A DNA stretch of 64,000 nucleotides from a virus: IMG/VR virus record IMGVR_UViG_3300023063_000001, positions 1 to 64,000 of that record; one strand, 5' to 3'. This document shows, piece by piece, positions 9,564-17,994 of the stretch. Each line of letters starts with the position of its first letter. Positions within the stretch are counted from its first letter, which is position 1. The translations under genes were made by a program, and so were the position numbers. The notes under the pieces are model-generated. The model had not been told where the DNA came from. It saw only the letters and a list, made by a program, of their open reading frames with translations, and ran no database searches.

Positions 9564-9744
9564 TAGCTTCGTTTAATTCTTCTGCTGTAGAGCTAGTATG
9601 GCCCATTTTGACAAAGAATGTATTCCATTCGTCAGACAATTCTTCAAAAGGAAGCTGACAGGCGTATAGGAATGATTCCCAGCGTTTACTACTTTCCAAG
9701 GTTTCTGATTTTAGTTTCACTGTTGTTTTAGGTTTTGCTTTCAT
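9541..9744 (-). CDS. hypothetical protein
   Basis: 67 aa, GGAGG RBS. Confidence 0.55.
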   Translation of the reverse strand: MKAKPKTTVKLKSETLESSKRWESFLYACQLPFEELSDEWNTFFVKMGHTSSTAEELNEAIDAAREK

Positions 9745-9907
9745 ACAGCCTCCACTTCCTTAAGCTCAAACACAAAGACACCCCCATTCTCTATATTGAC
9801 ATAGACAGGAAACATCGCCCCTAGATTAAAATAATCTACTGTCAGAATATCTCCTGCACGAATAGAGAAATAAGGGCTAGATAGGATACGTATTTGATCA
9901 CCTTGTT

Positions 9908-10141
9908 TCATTTCATCCGTGCCTTTAGCATTGCATCAGCTTGTTTATAAGCTTGCTCTGCATCAAGATCCATATCAACAAATCCCATAATAGATGCCCT
10001 CCCTTGCATATGTGCTGCTGCAAAATAGTCACGAAGAGTCATGCCTTCATAAGCACCTTGCTGTGACATATCCCCATGTCTGTCGCGAAGAACTACACCG
10101 GGACTAGGAAAAGCTGCACCACCATCCACTGAGTTAGTCAT
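9908..10141 (-). CDS. conserved phage hypothetical protein (GGxAFP...GMTLRDYFAA family)
   Basis: Motif familiar from many phage and prophage small proteins. Confidence 0.75.
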   Translation of the reverse strand: MTNSVDGGAAFPSPGVVLRDRHGDMSQQGAYEGMTLRDYFAAAHMQGRASIMGFVDMDLDAEQAYKQADAMLKARMK

Positions 10142-10391
10142 AGCTCAACTCCTTCAGCAATAAACAGAATGTCAATAGCTCCTTCAAATTCCATAACTTC
10201 TTCCATTGTACACATCATTGGATATTCTACAGTTTGTGTGGACCCATCAGCATATGTTACTAGAAATCTGTTCATCTCAATTCTCCTAAGCTGTTTGCTT
10301 TCTGTATCTGTATTATTGCTTAAGCGTAAGGGGTTGTATAATTGAATGTTTCTATTGGGGTGTGGTTAGTGATATATTATCTATATCTTTA

Positions 10392-11711
10392 TTAAACGCT
10401 CATCTTCCGCTGAATAATAGTACCATCTACTTCTTTCCAAGCTGCACCTACTGGAACAGGCAATGTAGAGTTAAACCGTTTTCTATAGCAATCCCCCATA
10501 GTGTCGCACAAAAGATTCATGTGCTCAACTTTTGTAATGAACGAATCATGCACAATGAGAATTGGATAACCTTTCTTAATAAACACCTCTACCACATCAG
10601 ATGCCAGATTACTGTCATGATTCTGCAATACCAAACCATAACTCTCAGATTTACAAAGAATATCTGAGAACTGAGGGTAAGCGTTAAAGATCAAATCAAG
10701 AACATCAGAGCCATTACCGAGCGTGTACTGTTCTTTATCTTCGTTACTTAGTTTATTAATGTGACGTTGTACAGCCCCACGAGCGCCTTTATAGTCTTTA
10801 GAGTTTAGCATGACATTCACAGCAAGCTTCACTACAGCACGATCAACACCATTATTTTCATCTGGAATCATGCCAGAATAAACATCAGTTGGAAGGTTGT
10901 CGCGATCAATGTCGTTCAGTTCACTCGCAATAAGAAAATGTAAATTGCCATAATCGATTTCACATACGTTACTGTCATCAATAGTGATATGCCAGCGACC
11001 GTATTTATCTCCAACTTTATGTTGCAAACCAAGAACATCAGCACGATAGAAACGCCCACCATGATCAAATGTTTCATTGAAGATACGGCAGTAGATGTTA
11101 GTCATAATGTCACCATTACGGTCACGAATAATATGACTTTCATTCAGCACATTAAGGTCACGCACAACCTTAGACATACGACGAAGGCCGGAATTACTTC
11201 GAAATACAGTTACAACTTTCTCCCCATCTCTTAGCTCAAGCGTGCCCAACTGGTCTACGTATTGCATTTGAGATTCCATCTTAACCTCTTCATTCCACAA
11301 TGCTTTGAATTTGTCTGTTGCTGTCATGTAGCTGCTCACACGTCTTTCTATGTTTTCACTGGCCTGACCAACAGAGTTGATAATATACCCGTTATCCTCA
11401 AGCCAGTCAACAGCTTTCTTGATATGATGGGAGGTAAGCCCTTTCTTGCTCTCCAAATTCTTATTCTTTCTTGGGTATACAAGTTTACTTTCTTTCTTTA
11501 AGCAACAAATAAGATTAGCAACAATAACATTAAGTGTAGTCTTATCTTCATAAGTCCACATACGAGTACAATTCATAACCTCTTGAGATACTTTAATATC
11601 ATACATCAATACCTTGGCATTAGAGATATGATTATTGTTATACAAGAGCAAGGGCTGGTATCTGATATTATCTTCATCTTGTTCTAGTACACTCCATACT
11701 TCTTCTTCCAT
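10392..11711 (-). CDS. PolA/T7-RNAP superfamily mini-polymerase (TV-Pol-like) with N-terminal wHTH-like region
   Basis: DHGGRFY, EIDYGNLH (motif A), RAVVKLAV (motif B), LQNHDS, LIVHDSF (motif C); AGGAGG RBS. Confidence 0.7.
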   Translation of the reverse strand: MEEEVWSVLEQDEDNIRYQPLLLYNNNHISNAKVLMYDIKVSQEVMNCTRMWTYEDKTTLNVIVANLICCLKKESKLVYPRKNKNLESKKGLTSHHIKKAVDWLEDNGYIINSVGQASENIERRVSSYMTATDKFKALWNEEVKMESQMQYVDQLGTLELRDGEKVVTVFRSNSGLRRMSKVVRDLNVLNESHIIRDRNGDIMTNIYCRIFNETFDHGGRFYRADVLGLQHKVGDKYGRWHITIDDSNVCEIDYGNLHFLIASELNDIDRDNLPTDVYSGMIPDENNGVDRAVVKLAVNVMLNSKDYKGARGAVQRHINKLSNEDKEQYTLGNGSDVLDLIFNAYPQFSDILCKSESYGLVLQNHDSNLASDVVEVFIKKGYPILIVHDSFITKVEHMNLLCDTMGDCYRKRFNSTLPVPVGAAWKEVDGTIIQRKMSV

Positions 11712-11968
11712 CTTTAGTCCTCCTATCCTCTCTTATTGGGTATGGGAAATTTTATAAAAAAAATAAGGCTACAGCCCACGTAGCATATAGCCTGTAGCTG
11801 ATTGACTACCAATTAAATTCATCTATTCCTCCTCACCACGCTTCTTCTCAAACAATTCTAAGTCTTTAATAAAACGTTCAACAGATTCTTTGTCAGCTTG
11901 AATCTCAAAGAATCTTGTGTCGTCTAGTTGATGATAGGTGGTGTCTAGTGTGAAGCTGTAAGAGTTAA

Positions 11969-12178
11969 TCATTTGTTAAGCTTGTCCATAAATTTATTCA
12001 CCAAAGCTTTGTTTTCAGATTTAAAGATTACCTTTTGATAATTCCTATCATCACCGTAGTTATCAGGCCAGTCCATTACAAACTGTGACCAGTGTTTAAC
12101 AAGCTGATATTGAATGTAGGGTTTACCAAACCAAGGTGTTTTAAATTCTGTTTGTATGGTGTATTTTACATTATTCAT
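11969..12178 (-). CDS. hypothetical protein
   Basis: 69-aa ORF. Confidence 0.55.
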   Translation of the reverse strand: MNNVKYTIQTEFKTPWFGKPYIQYQLVKHWSQFVMDWPDNYGDDRNYQKVIFKSENKALVNKFMDKLNK

Positions 12179-12181
12179 TTC

Positions 12182-12406
12182 TCAATCTCCTAAACGAATA
12201 GGTGGGTTATTATCAATCATGTATTGTACATCTTCCAAAGCTTTCTTGTGCCATGAATCATAAGCATTAGGTTGTTGGTAGACAGGCGTAATCAAGACCA
12301 ATTGATTCTTCAACTCATCCACACGTTCATGAGCACGATCAAGGAGTTTCTTTAGTGCAAGGTTTTCTCTTAAGGTCACTTCGTAAAGCTCTTTATAGTC
12401 AATCAT
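12182..12406 (-). CDS. hypothetical coiled-coil protein
   Basis: likely start MIDYKEL after GGAGG. Confidence 0.5.
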   Translation of the reverse strand: MIDYKELYEVTLRENLALKKLLDRAHERVDELKNQLVLITPVYQQPNAYDSWHKKALEDVQYMIDNNPPIRLGD

Positions 12407-12799
12407 TTTTAGCCTCCCTGAGAAATAAATCTGCATGTTCTTCATCATATTTCCATTTACTTCTTTCTGGATAAAACCATTGAACATGAATAAACATTTG
12501 ACTTTGTTTGACGACTCTACCAACTTTCTCAGGCCACCATGAATCTGTTACCTTGGCTCCCACCACTGCATCACCTATTTTCATCTCTACAGTCCCTTCC
12601 AACAGATAAGAAGATCTGTCTTCTGATACTCAGTCATTAAAATTTCCTTTTAGAGCGTGCTCAATAAAGAGGTTCACTAATCTACACGCCTCTTCAAACT
12701 TTTCTTCGTTATTGTCACACACCTTATAAAGAAGTGTTGTCAGTGCAGGCATCTTATATTTTGGATCTTTGGTATTCATTGCAATAATATCTATGTGGT

Positions 12800-13015
12800 T
12801 CATTCGTCTTCCCCTTCAATCTCATAAGCCCTGCCTGAAATTTCATCCTCCAACCAAATAATCAATTTTTCAGCATCTTGCCGTGCAAGGCATGTCCCCG
12901 CAGCTTTTTTATCACTTTGAAAGCCGATACCACTGAGCCAATTTTCATCATTAGGCAAGTCAACCAAATACATCTTTTTACCTGAATCCTTGCTGGCATA
13001 ATAAATTGTATACAT
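12800..13015 (-). CDS. hypothetical protein
   Basis: start MYTIYY after AGGAG; first gene of the leftward unit. Confidence 0.6.
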   Translation of the reverse strand: MYTIYYASKDSGKKMYLVDLPNDENWLSGIGFQSDKKAAGTCLARQDAEKLIIWLEDEISGRAYEIEGEDE

Positions 13016-13041
13016 TTCGTATCTCCTATTAATGTCAGCCA

Positions 13042-13167
13042 ATCATAGGCCACCCCACAATCTCTGTCAACAATTATTTTCAAACCCTTGTGCCAACACG
13101 TCTCCAGACAACCCTCGGAAAATATTTTCAGCACACCCCTTGACTCACCCTACAATTCTGGTAAGCT
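13042..13167. promoter_or_regulatory. divergent sigma70 promoter pair at the strand switch
   Basis: minus: TTGACA-17-TATGAT (13070-13042); plus: TTGACT-16-TAAGCT with TGn extension (13140-13167). Confidence 0.7.
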
Positions 13168-13198
13168 AAGAAAAACCAACAGACAAAGGGTGTACAAA

Positions 13199-14035
13199 AT
13201 GAGAACTGACTTTCAACTCCCAGCTATCTTTTCGGATACCACGCCGATTGATTGGACCTATACAAAACCTATATCCACCAAATCTATTCAAGAGGCATGG
13301 GCTACTGCCAATCCTGTCACCGTTCGTATGGAGGAATTTGGTTTACCTCAACAAGCTAATAAAAGCAGAGAATTGATGCAAAAGCCTAAATGCAAACGTC
13401 CATCACGTACAGATTTTATGATAAGGGGAAAGACGTTCTCACAATACCTTGAAAAGCGCTTTGTTGTGGACAATTTGGGGTTCAAACCGCTTGATACACT
13501 CTTGGCTGCATCAACAGACGGGGGAAGCATTATCGCCTCTGTAGTACCTCAAAACCCCGTAGAATTCTTGACATACTCCCATGAGCTTGGCCACGTCAAG
13601 AGCAAACAATATCAGCGCGGAATGGAATATGGATTCTCCCTATATAGCTCAGTTTGTGATAACACATTGGAGAATGAATTGAATGCTTGGGTGTGGGGAT
13701 TGAAATACTTCCGCCGTCTTGGTTTTACCTTGTGCAGTGCAGGGAAAGCCTTGGTTACAGAGACATTTTCCACATACACAGAGAAATGTACAAACAAAGA
13801 TTTCGTTGAATATTGCTGGAGCACTTTGTACAATAAGTTTGATATACAAAAACCGCAGCGCAAGAATGATAGTTGGAAATCATTTGAAAGTAACAGAATT
13901 CATGAGGCTTATTTCTACTATGATGAAGTTTCTCCTATCACAGAGCGAACAGAAATTGAGAAGCCTAAAGGCTGGAAGCCTTGGCATGATATGAAGCAAA
14001 AGCAGATTAAAAGGCAATGGAAACAGCAAAGATAG
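13199..14035 (+). CDS. putative Zn metallopeptidase (HExxH, IrrE/ImmA-like arrangement)
   Basis: HELGH plus downstream ENELNAW; ATG at 13199. Confidence 0.6.
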   Translation: MRTDFQLPAIFSDTTPIDWTYTKPISTKSIQEAWATANPVTVRMEEFGLPQQANKSRELMQKPKCKRPSRTDFMIRGKTFSQYLEKRFVVDNLGFKPLDTLLAASTDGGSIIASVVPQNPVEFLTYSHELGHVKSKQYQRGMEYGFSLYSSVCDNTLENELNAWVWGLKYFRRLGFTLCSAGKALVTETFSTYTEKCTNKDFVEYCWSTLYNKFDIQKPQRKNDSWKSFESNRIHEAYFYYDEVSPITERTEIEKPKGWKPWHDMKQKQIKRQWKQQR

Positions 14036-14311
14036 GGCTTGACTCATGGCGGATAGTGGTGGATACTTGGCTCCAACGAAACATAAGCGTGGGTTTAGAG
14101 AGAGGAAGGATTGAGATGGTTAATTTAAACGTTCTGGAAAAGCTGGTTGACACCGAAGACGCTCGATTGACTGTTGAGCAGAAAGTAATGGCTGAATATA
14201 ATGTCAATAAAGGTTTTGAAGCTTTCATTGAAGATTACTCAGGCTACACCTACCTTGTATTGTTTCAGGAAGGTGTTCGTAATGGTATTAAACGTCTCAA
14301 CCGTACAGGAC

Positions 14312-15247
14312 ATGACATCTATGTTGCGTAAAGATAAACCACTTGTAGTGCTGTCCTTGTTTGATGGGATTAGCTGTGGATTACAAGCACTAAAGAATCA
14401 AGGTTTTACTGTTGCACAATACTTTGCATCAGAGATTGATAAGAATGCAATTAAAGTTAGCCACGATAATCATCCAGAAATTATCCGCTTGGGTGATGTA
14501 ACCACTATGGGTTTTAAAAATGGTACACTTTATTCTGAGAACGGTGAGTGGGATATTGGACAAGTTGATCTAGTATTAGCTGGTAGTCCATGTCAAGGAT
14601 TCTCTATGGCTGGCAAGCAACTAAACTTTGATGACCCTCGGTCTAAGTTGTATTTTGAATTTAAGCGTATTCTTAATGAATGCCAAGGCAGCACAAGTGT
14701 TATCAAACTTCACGTTGATTTTCTTCTTGAGAACGTAAACATGAAGAAAGAGCACATTCATTATATTGAGAACGATCTTACTTGTTGGTCGTTAAAGATT
14801 AATTCTTGTCACTTTAGCGCTCAGAACCGTCCTCGATTCTACTGGACTAATCTCATCGATGAGTTAGAGAAACTTAGGATGAATTTTAAAGTGGATAGTG
14901 GCGATGGTCTCCATATTACAGATATACTTGAGGATCAAGACTATAATGGTGTTTGGACATGGCCTAGAGGATATAACAAAGGTGGAACTCGGTTAGTTGA
15001 TAAGATGCCTTGCATCACTACATCAAGCTGGCAGCATAATTTTCTTATAGAAAAACAAGATGGCACCCGTAGGAAATTCACTCCGCAGGAGTGTGAGCGC
15101 GCTCAAGGACTACCAGATTTTTATACAAAAGTATTGACTGAAAATCAAAGGTATGTTGTGCTCGGTAACTGCTGGACTATTCCAGTTATTGAAAAGTTGC
15201 TGACTGATTCTGTTTGGAATGTAGATGTGTTGAAAGAACGTGCTTGA
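14312..15247 (+). CDS. DNA (cytosine-5) methyltransferase
   Basis: LSLFDGISCG (motif I), GSPCQGFS (IV), ENV (VI), QNRPR (VIII), LGN (X). Confidence 0.92.
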   Translation: MTSMLRKDKPLVVLSLFDGISCGLQALKNQGFTVAQYFASEIDKNAIKVSHDNHPEIIRLGDVTTMGFKNGTLYSENGEWDIGQVDLVLAGSPCQGFSMAGKQLNFDDPRSKLYFEFKRILNECQGSTSVIKLHVDFLLENVNMKKEHIHYIENDLTCWSLKINSCHFSAQNRPRFYWTNLIDELEKLRMNFKVDSGDGLHITDILEDQDYNGVWTWPRGYNKGGTRLVDKMPCITTSSWQHNFLIEKQDGTRRKFTPQECERAQGLPDFYTKVLTENQRYVVLGNCWTIPVIEKLLTDSVWNVDVLKERA

Positions 15248-15272
15248 CAACCCATACACAACCCTCTATCCT
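15244..15272 (+). promoter_or_regulatory. sigma70-type promoter
   Basis: TTGACA-17bp-TATCCT. Confidence 0.6.
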
Positions 15273-15302
15273 ACGCTTTCACACAAGCAAACACGTAGAG
15301 AA

Positions 15303-15332
15303 TTTTACATTTAAATTTTTTACATTTAAATT
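15303..15332. repeat. tandem 15-bp direct repeat TTTTACATTTAAATT x2
   Basis: exact duplication, intergenic. Confidence 0.8.
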
Positions 15333-15379
15333 AATTGAGGCCGAATAGCCAATGGGGCTATGAGGCTGGGAGAGAAGAG

Positions 15380-15649
15380 ATGAAAATTAACAAGTACAAA
15401 TTTGACAGCGGTAAATATGAAGTACATGCTGCTGACGATGGAAGCTTGCTAGTAGCTTATCGTCATGGCGAATTATGGCAGAATATGATTGGGGATAACC
15501 TTACAGCGGCTATGTTGCACAGAGTTGAGGAACTTGAAGCTGTCCTAAATAAGTTCGTAAACTGGACTACTAATGAAGCTGGTACAAAGGCACTGGGGGA
15601 TGATGTGGATCTTTGGGAATTGGCAGAGAAAGTGTTGGAGAATAAATAA
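15380..15649 (+). CDS. hypothetical protein
   Basis: likely start MKINKY. Confidence 0.6.
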   Translation: MKINKYKFDSGKYEVHAADDGSLLVAYRHGELWQNMIGDNLTAAMLHRVEELEAVLNKFVNWTTNEAGTKALGDDVDLWELAEKVLENK

Positions 15650-15766
15650 AATGATCACAGTGTTATGCTATATAGCTCTAAATTATTATTGTGGAGCATC
15701 TTGGTCGGGCTGGCTGTTGGTATTGCCAGTATTTTTGGATTTGAATATTATTGATAAGGTGGTAAA

Positions 15767-16003
15767 ATGAGTGATCTACTTAGAATGGACTTCATTAATT
15801 CACTCCCACAACCCCTGTGGATTCGTCAGTGGGGTGACAAAGAATTTATGTGGCCTGTACAAGACCTTTGTGTTGAATCTGGTATTGTAAGAATTGACGT
15901 CTGCGGGCTTTTGCAAGCAATGCATATTAGCGATATTGCAGAATTTAAAGATGACAGCGGTGCCATTCATGATGCAGAAACATTCTATTCAGATTATGAA
16001 TAA
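15767..16003 (+). CDS. hypothetical protein
   Basis: 78 aa, AAGGTGG RBS. Confidence 0.6.
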   Translation: MSDLLRMDFINSLPQPLWIRQWGDKEFMWPVQDLCVESGIVRIDVCGLLQAMHISDIAEFKDDSGAIHDAETFYSDYE

Positions 16004-16195
16004 TCCAGTCTATAGTAAATGCACAGGTAAAGATTGCAATCAGAAGGATTTGTGTGTACGCTATACGTCCTTGGCGTTAGTCAAGCATCAACCATGGCTT
16101 TGTGAGGAAGTGGTGTTTGGGGATGGGAAAGGGAGAGATGGGTGTAAGTGGTATTTGGGTGAAGAGGTAGAATTGGTGGAAGAGAAATTGGAGGG

Positions 16196-17950
16196 GTGAT
16201 GAGTAAAAAACCAGATGGAGAACTTTTGTATCACGCTGCCTGTATTGGAGACGACTGCACGTCTTCAGACGGGATGGCAGTATATATAAAAGAAATCGAT
16301 GGTAAGCAGATTCATGACGCTTATTGTTTCGTATGTACAAATTATTTCAATCACTCCCAGCTTGAAGAATTGGGCGTAAAGATCAAAGAGGGGAAAAACA
16401 AAGTGTCAGAAGTCGTAGACTTTACAAATATTCAAGTGATTCCATTTCGCGGCTGGAAAGAACGCGGTATTGGTCAACCGGTATCAACGAAATACGGAGT
16501 TCACACAGAGATTGAAAATAGTTTTGATGTAGTTGCTCGCTACTATCCTTCTACATCTGACGGCAAGCTTGTTGGATTCAAAAAACGAACTTCACCAATT
16601 AAAGACTTTGTTGGTATTGGTAGCACTAAAGCAACCAATGAGATGTTCGGGCAATCTGTCTTTGAAGCTGGTCAAAAATATTTAGTAATCTGTACAGGAG
16701 AGGAGGACGCGCTTGCGTTCGCTCAAGCATTATATTCAAAGAAAGACGGTACAGAATATTGGACACCTGCTGTGAGTGTAACGTGCGGTGACGGCAGTAT
16801 CATCAAACAATTCAAAGCTAATTTTGAATATATCAATAGCTTCTCTAAAGTTATCTTGGCATTTGATCAAGATGAATCAGCACAAAAGTATGTTGAGGAA
16901 GCTGCACGTCTATTAACTCCGGGTAAAGCATTTATTGCGAAGTTCCCACAAGGGGTAAAAGATGCCTCAGACATGGTTAAAGCTGGCCGCTCTGCTGAAC
17001 TGAAACAGTTGTTTTGGAAAGCCACTCCGTTTAGTCGAGTGGATGTATTGCACCTTAGTCAGATGTGGGACGACTTTGAAAGTGAAGATAATAATGTAAA
17101 GATTCCATTCCCTGCCTCATGGTCACATCTTAACGAGATGATGAACGGCGGTATGGAAAAAGGTGAAATTACAATCATAGGTGCATTAACAAGTATTGGG
17201 AAATCCTCAATTGTCAACAATGTAGTCTACTCTCTAATTGAGAACACGCATTTCAAAGTAGGTGCAATGTATCTTGAAGGCACTAAGCGAGAAGTTGTAC
17301 GCGACTTGTTGTCTCTTGATGCTGGGATGAACCTCCGCACAGTAAATCGTGAAAACGTAGATATTGAAGCTCTCAAGAGTCGTTTCTTTGAGAACCTTGC
17401 AAAGAAAGATCAATTCGTTTATGTTGATCACCAAGGCAGTATCTCAACAACAGAGATTTTTGATAAGCTTAATTATCTGGCTAAGGCTGAAAACTGTGAT
17501 GTAATTGTCATCGATCCAGTGCAGGCTGGTGTGAACAGTAGCGACAATGGTGCAATTATTGAGTTCATGGATACACTCTTGAAGTTTGCAAAGGAAACAG
17601 ACACTTGTGTGGTGGCGATCTCACACATGCGCAAGCCTTCTGAAGAAAATCCGCACGCTGTTACCGAATACCAATTAATGGGTTCGTCCAGCCTGAACCA
17701 AATTGCTTTCAATACAATTTTGATCAGCCGCGACAAGATGAACCCTGATCCAATCAAAAAGTCAGCCACTAAGTTGCAATTGGTTAAGTGTCGTCGTACA
17801 GGTAACACAGGAGACGCCGGATGGTTGCGATACGATGGTGCTACAACACATATGTTTGCAACATCTGATCCTTATGTGGAAGATATGCTACTAGATGAAC
17901 CACCATCAGCAGAAAGCTTAGAAGTTCCTGCATATATGGTTGACTTTTAG
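16196..17950 (+). CDS. T7 gp4-like primase-helicase
   Basis: N-terminal Cys4 Zn finger, TOPRIM (TGEED, FDQD, KDASD), SF4 helicase Walker A GALTSIGKS, IDP, SH.RK, KCR.TG. Confidence 0.92.
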   Translation: MMSKKPDGELLYHAACIGDDCTSSDGMAVYIKEIDGKQIHDAYCFVCTNYFNHSQLEELGVKIKEGKNKVSEVVDFTNIQVIPFRGWKERGIGQPVSTKYGVHTEIENSFDVVARYYPSTSDGKLVGFKKRTSPIKDFVGIGSTKATNEMFGQSVFEAGQKYLVICTGEEDALAFAQALYSKKDGTEYWTPAVSVTCGDGSIIKQFKANFEYINSFSKVILAFDQDESAQKYVEEAARLLTPGKAFIAKFPQGVKDASDMVKAGRSAELKQLFWKATPFSRVDVLHLSQMWDDFESEDNNVKIPFPASWSHLNEMMNGGMEKGEITIIGALTSIGKSSIVNNVVYSLIENTHFKVGAMYLEGTKREVVRDLLSLDAGMNLRTVNRENVDIEALKSRFFENLAKKDQFVYVDHQGSISTTEIFDKLNYLAKAENCDVIVIDPVQAGVNSSDNGAIIEFMDTLLKFAKETDTCVVAISHMRKPSEENPHAVTEYQLMGSSSLNQIAFNTILISRDKMNPDPIKKSATKLQLVKCRRTGNTGDAGWLRYDGATTHMFATSDPYVEDMLLDEPPSAESLEVPAYMVDF

Positions 17951-17994
17951 TAAAAGGAGGGCTAGAATCCTCCGTTCAATCTAGGAGATTTAGC

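Noticed and set aside
3957-15247. TET-like cytosine hypermodification system (oxygenase plus C5 methylase)
   Set aside because: The genes are 10 kb apart on opposite strands, with no glycosyltransferase and no TET/JBP-specific motifs seen.
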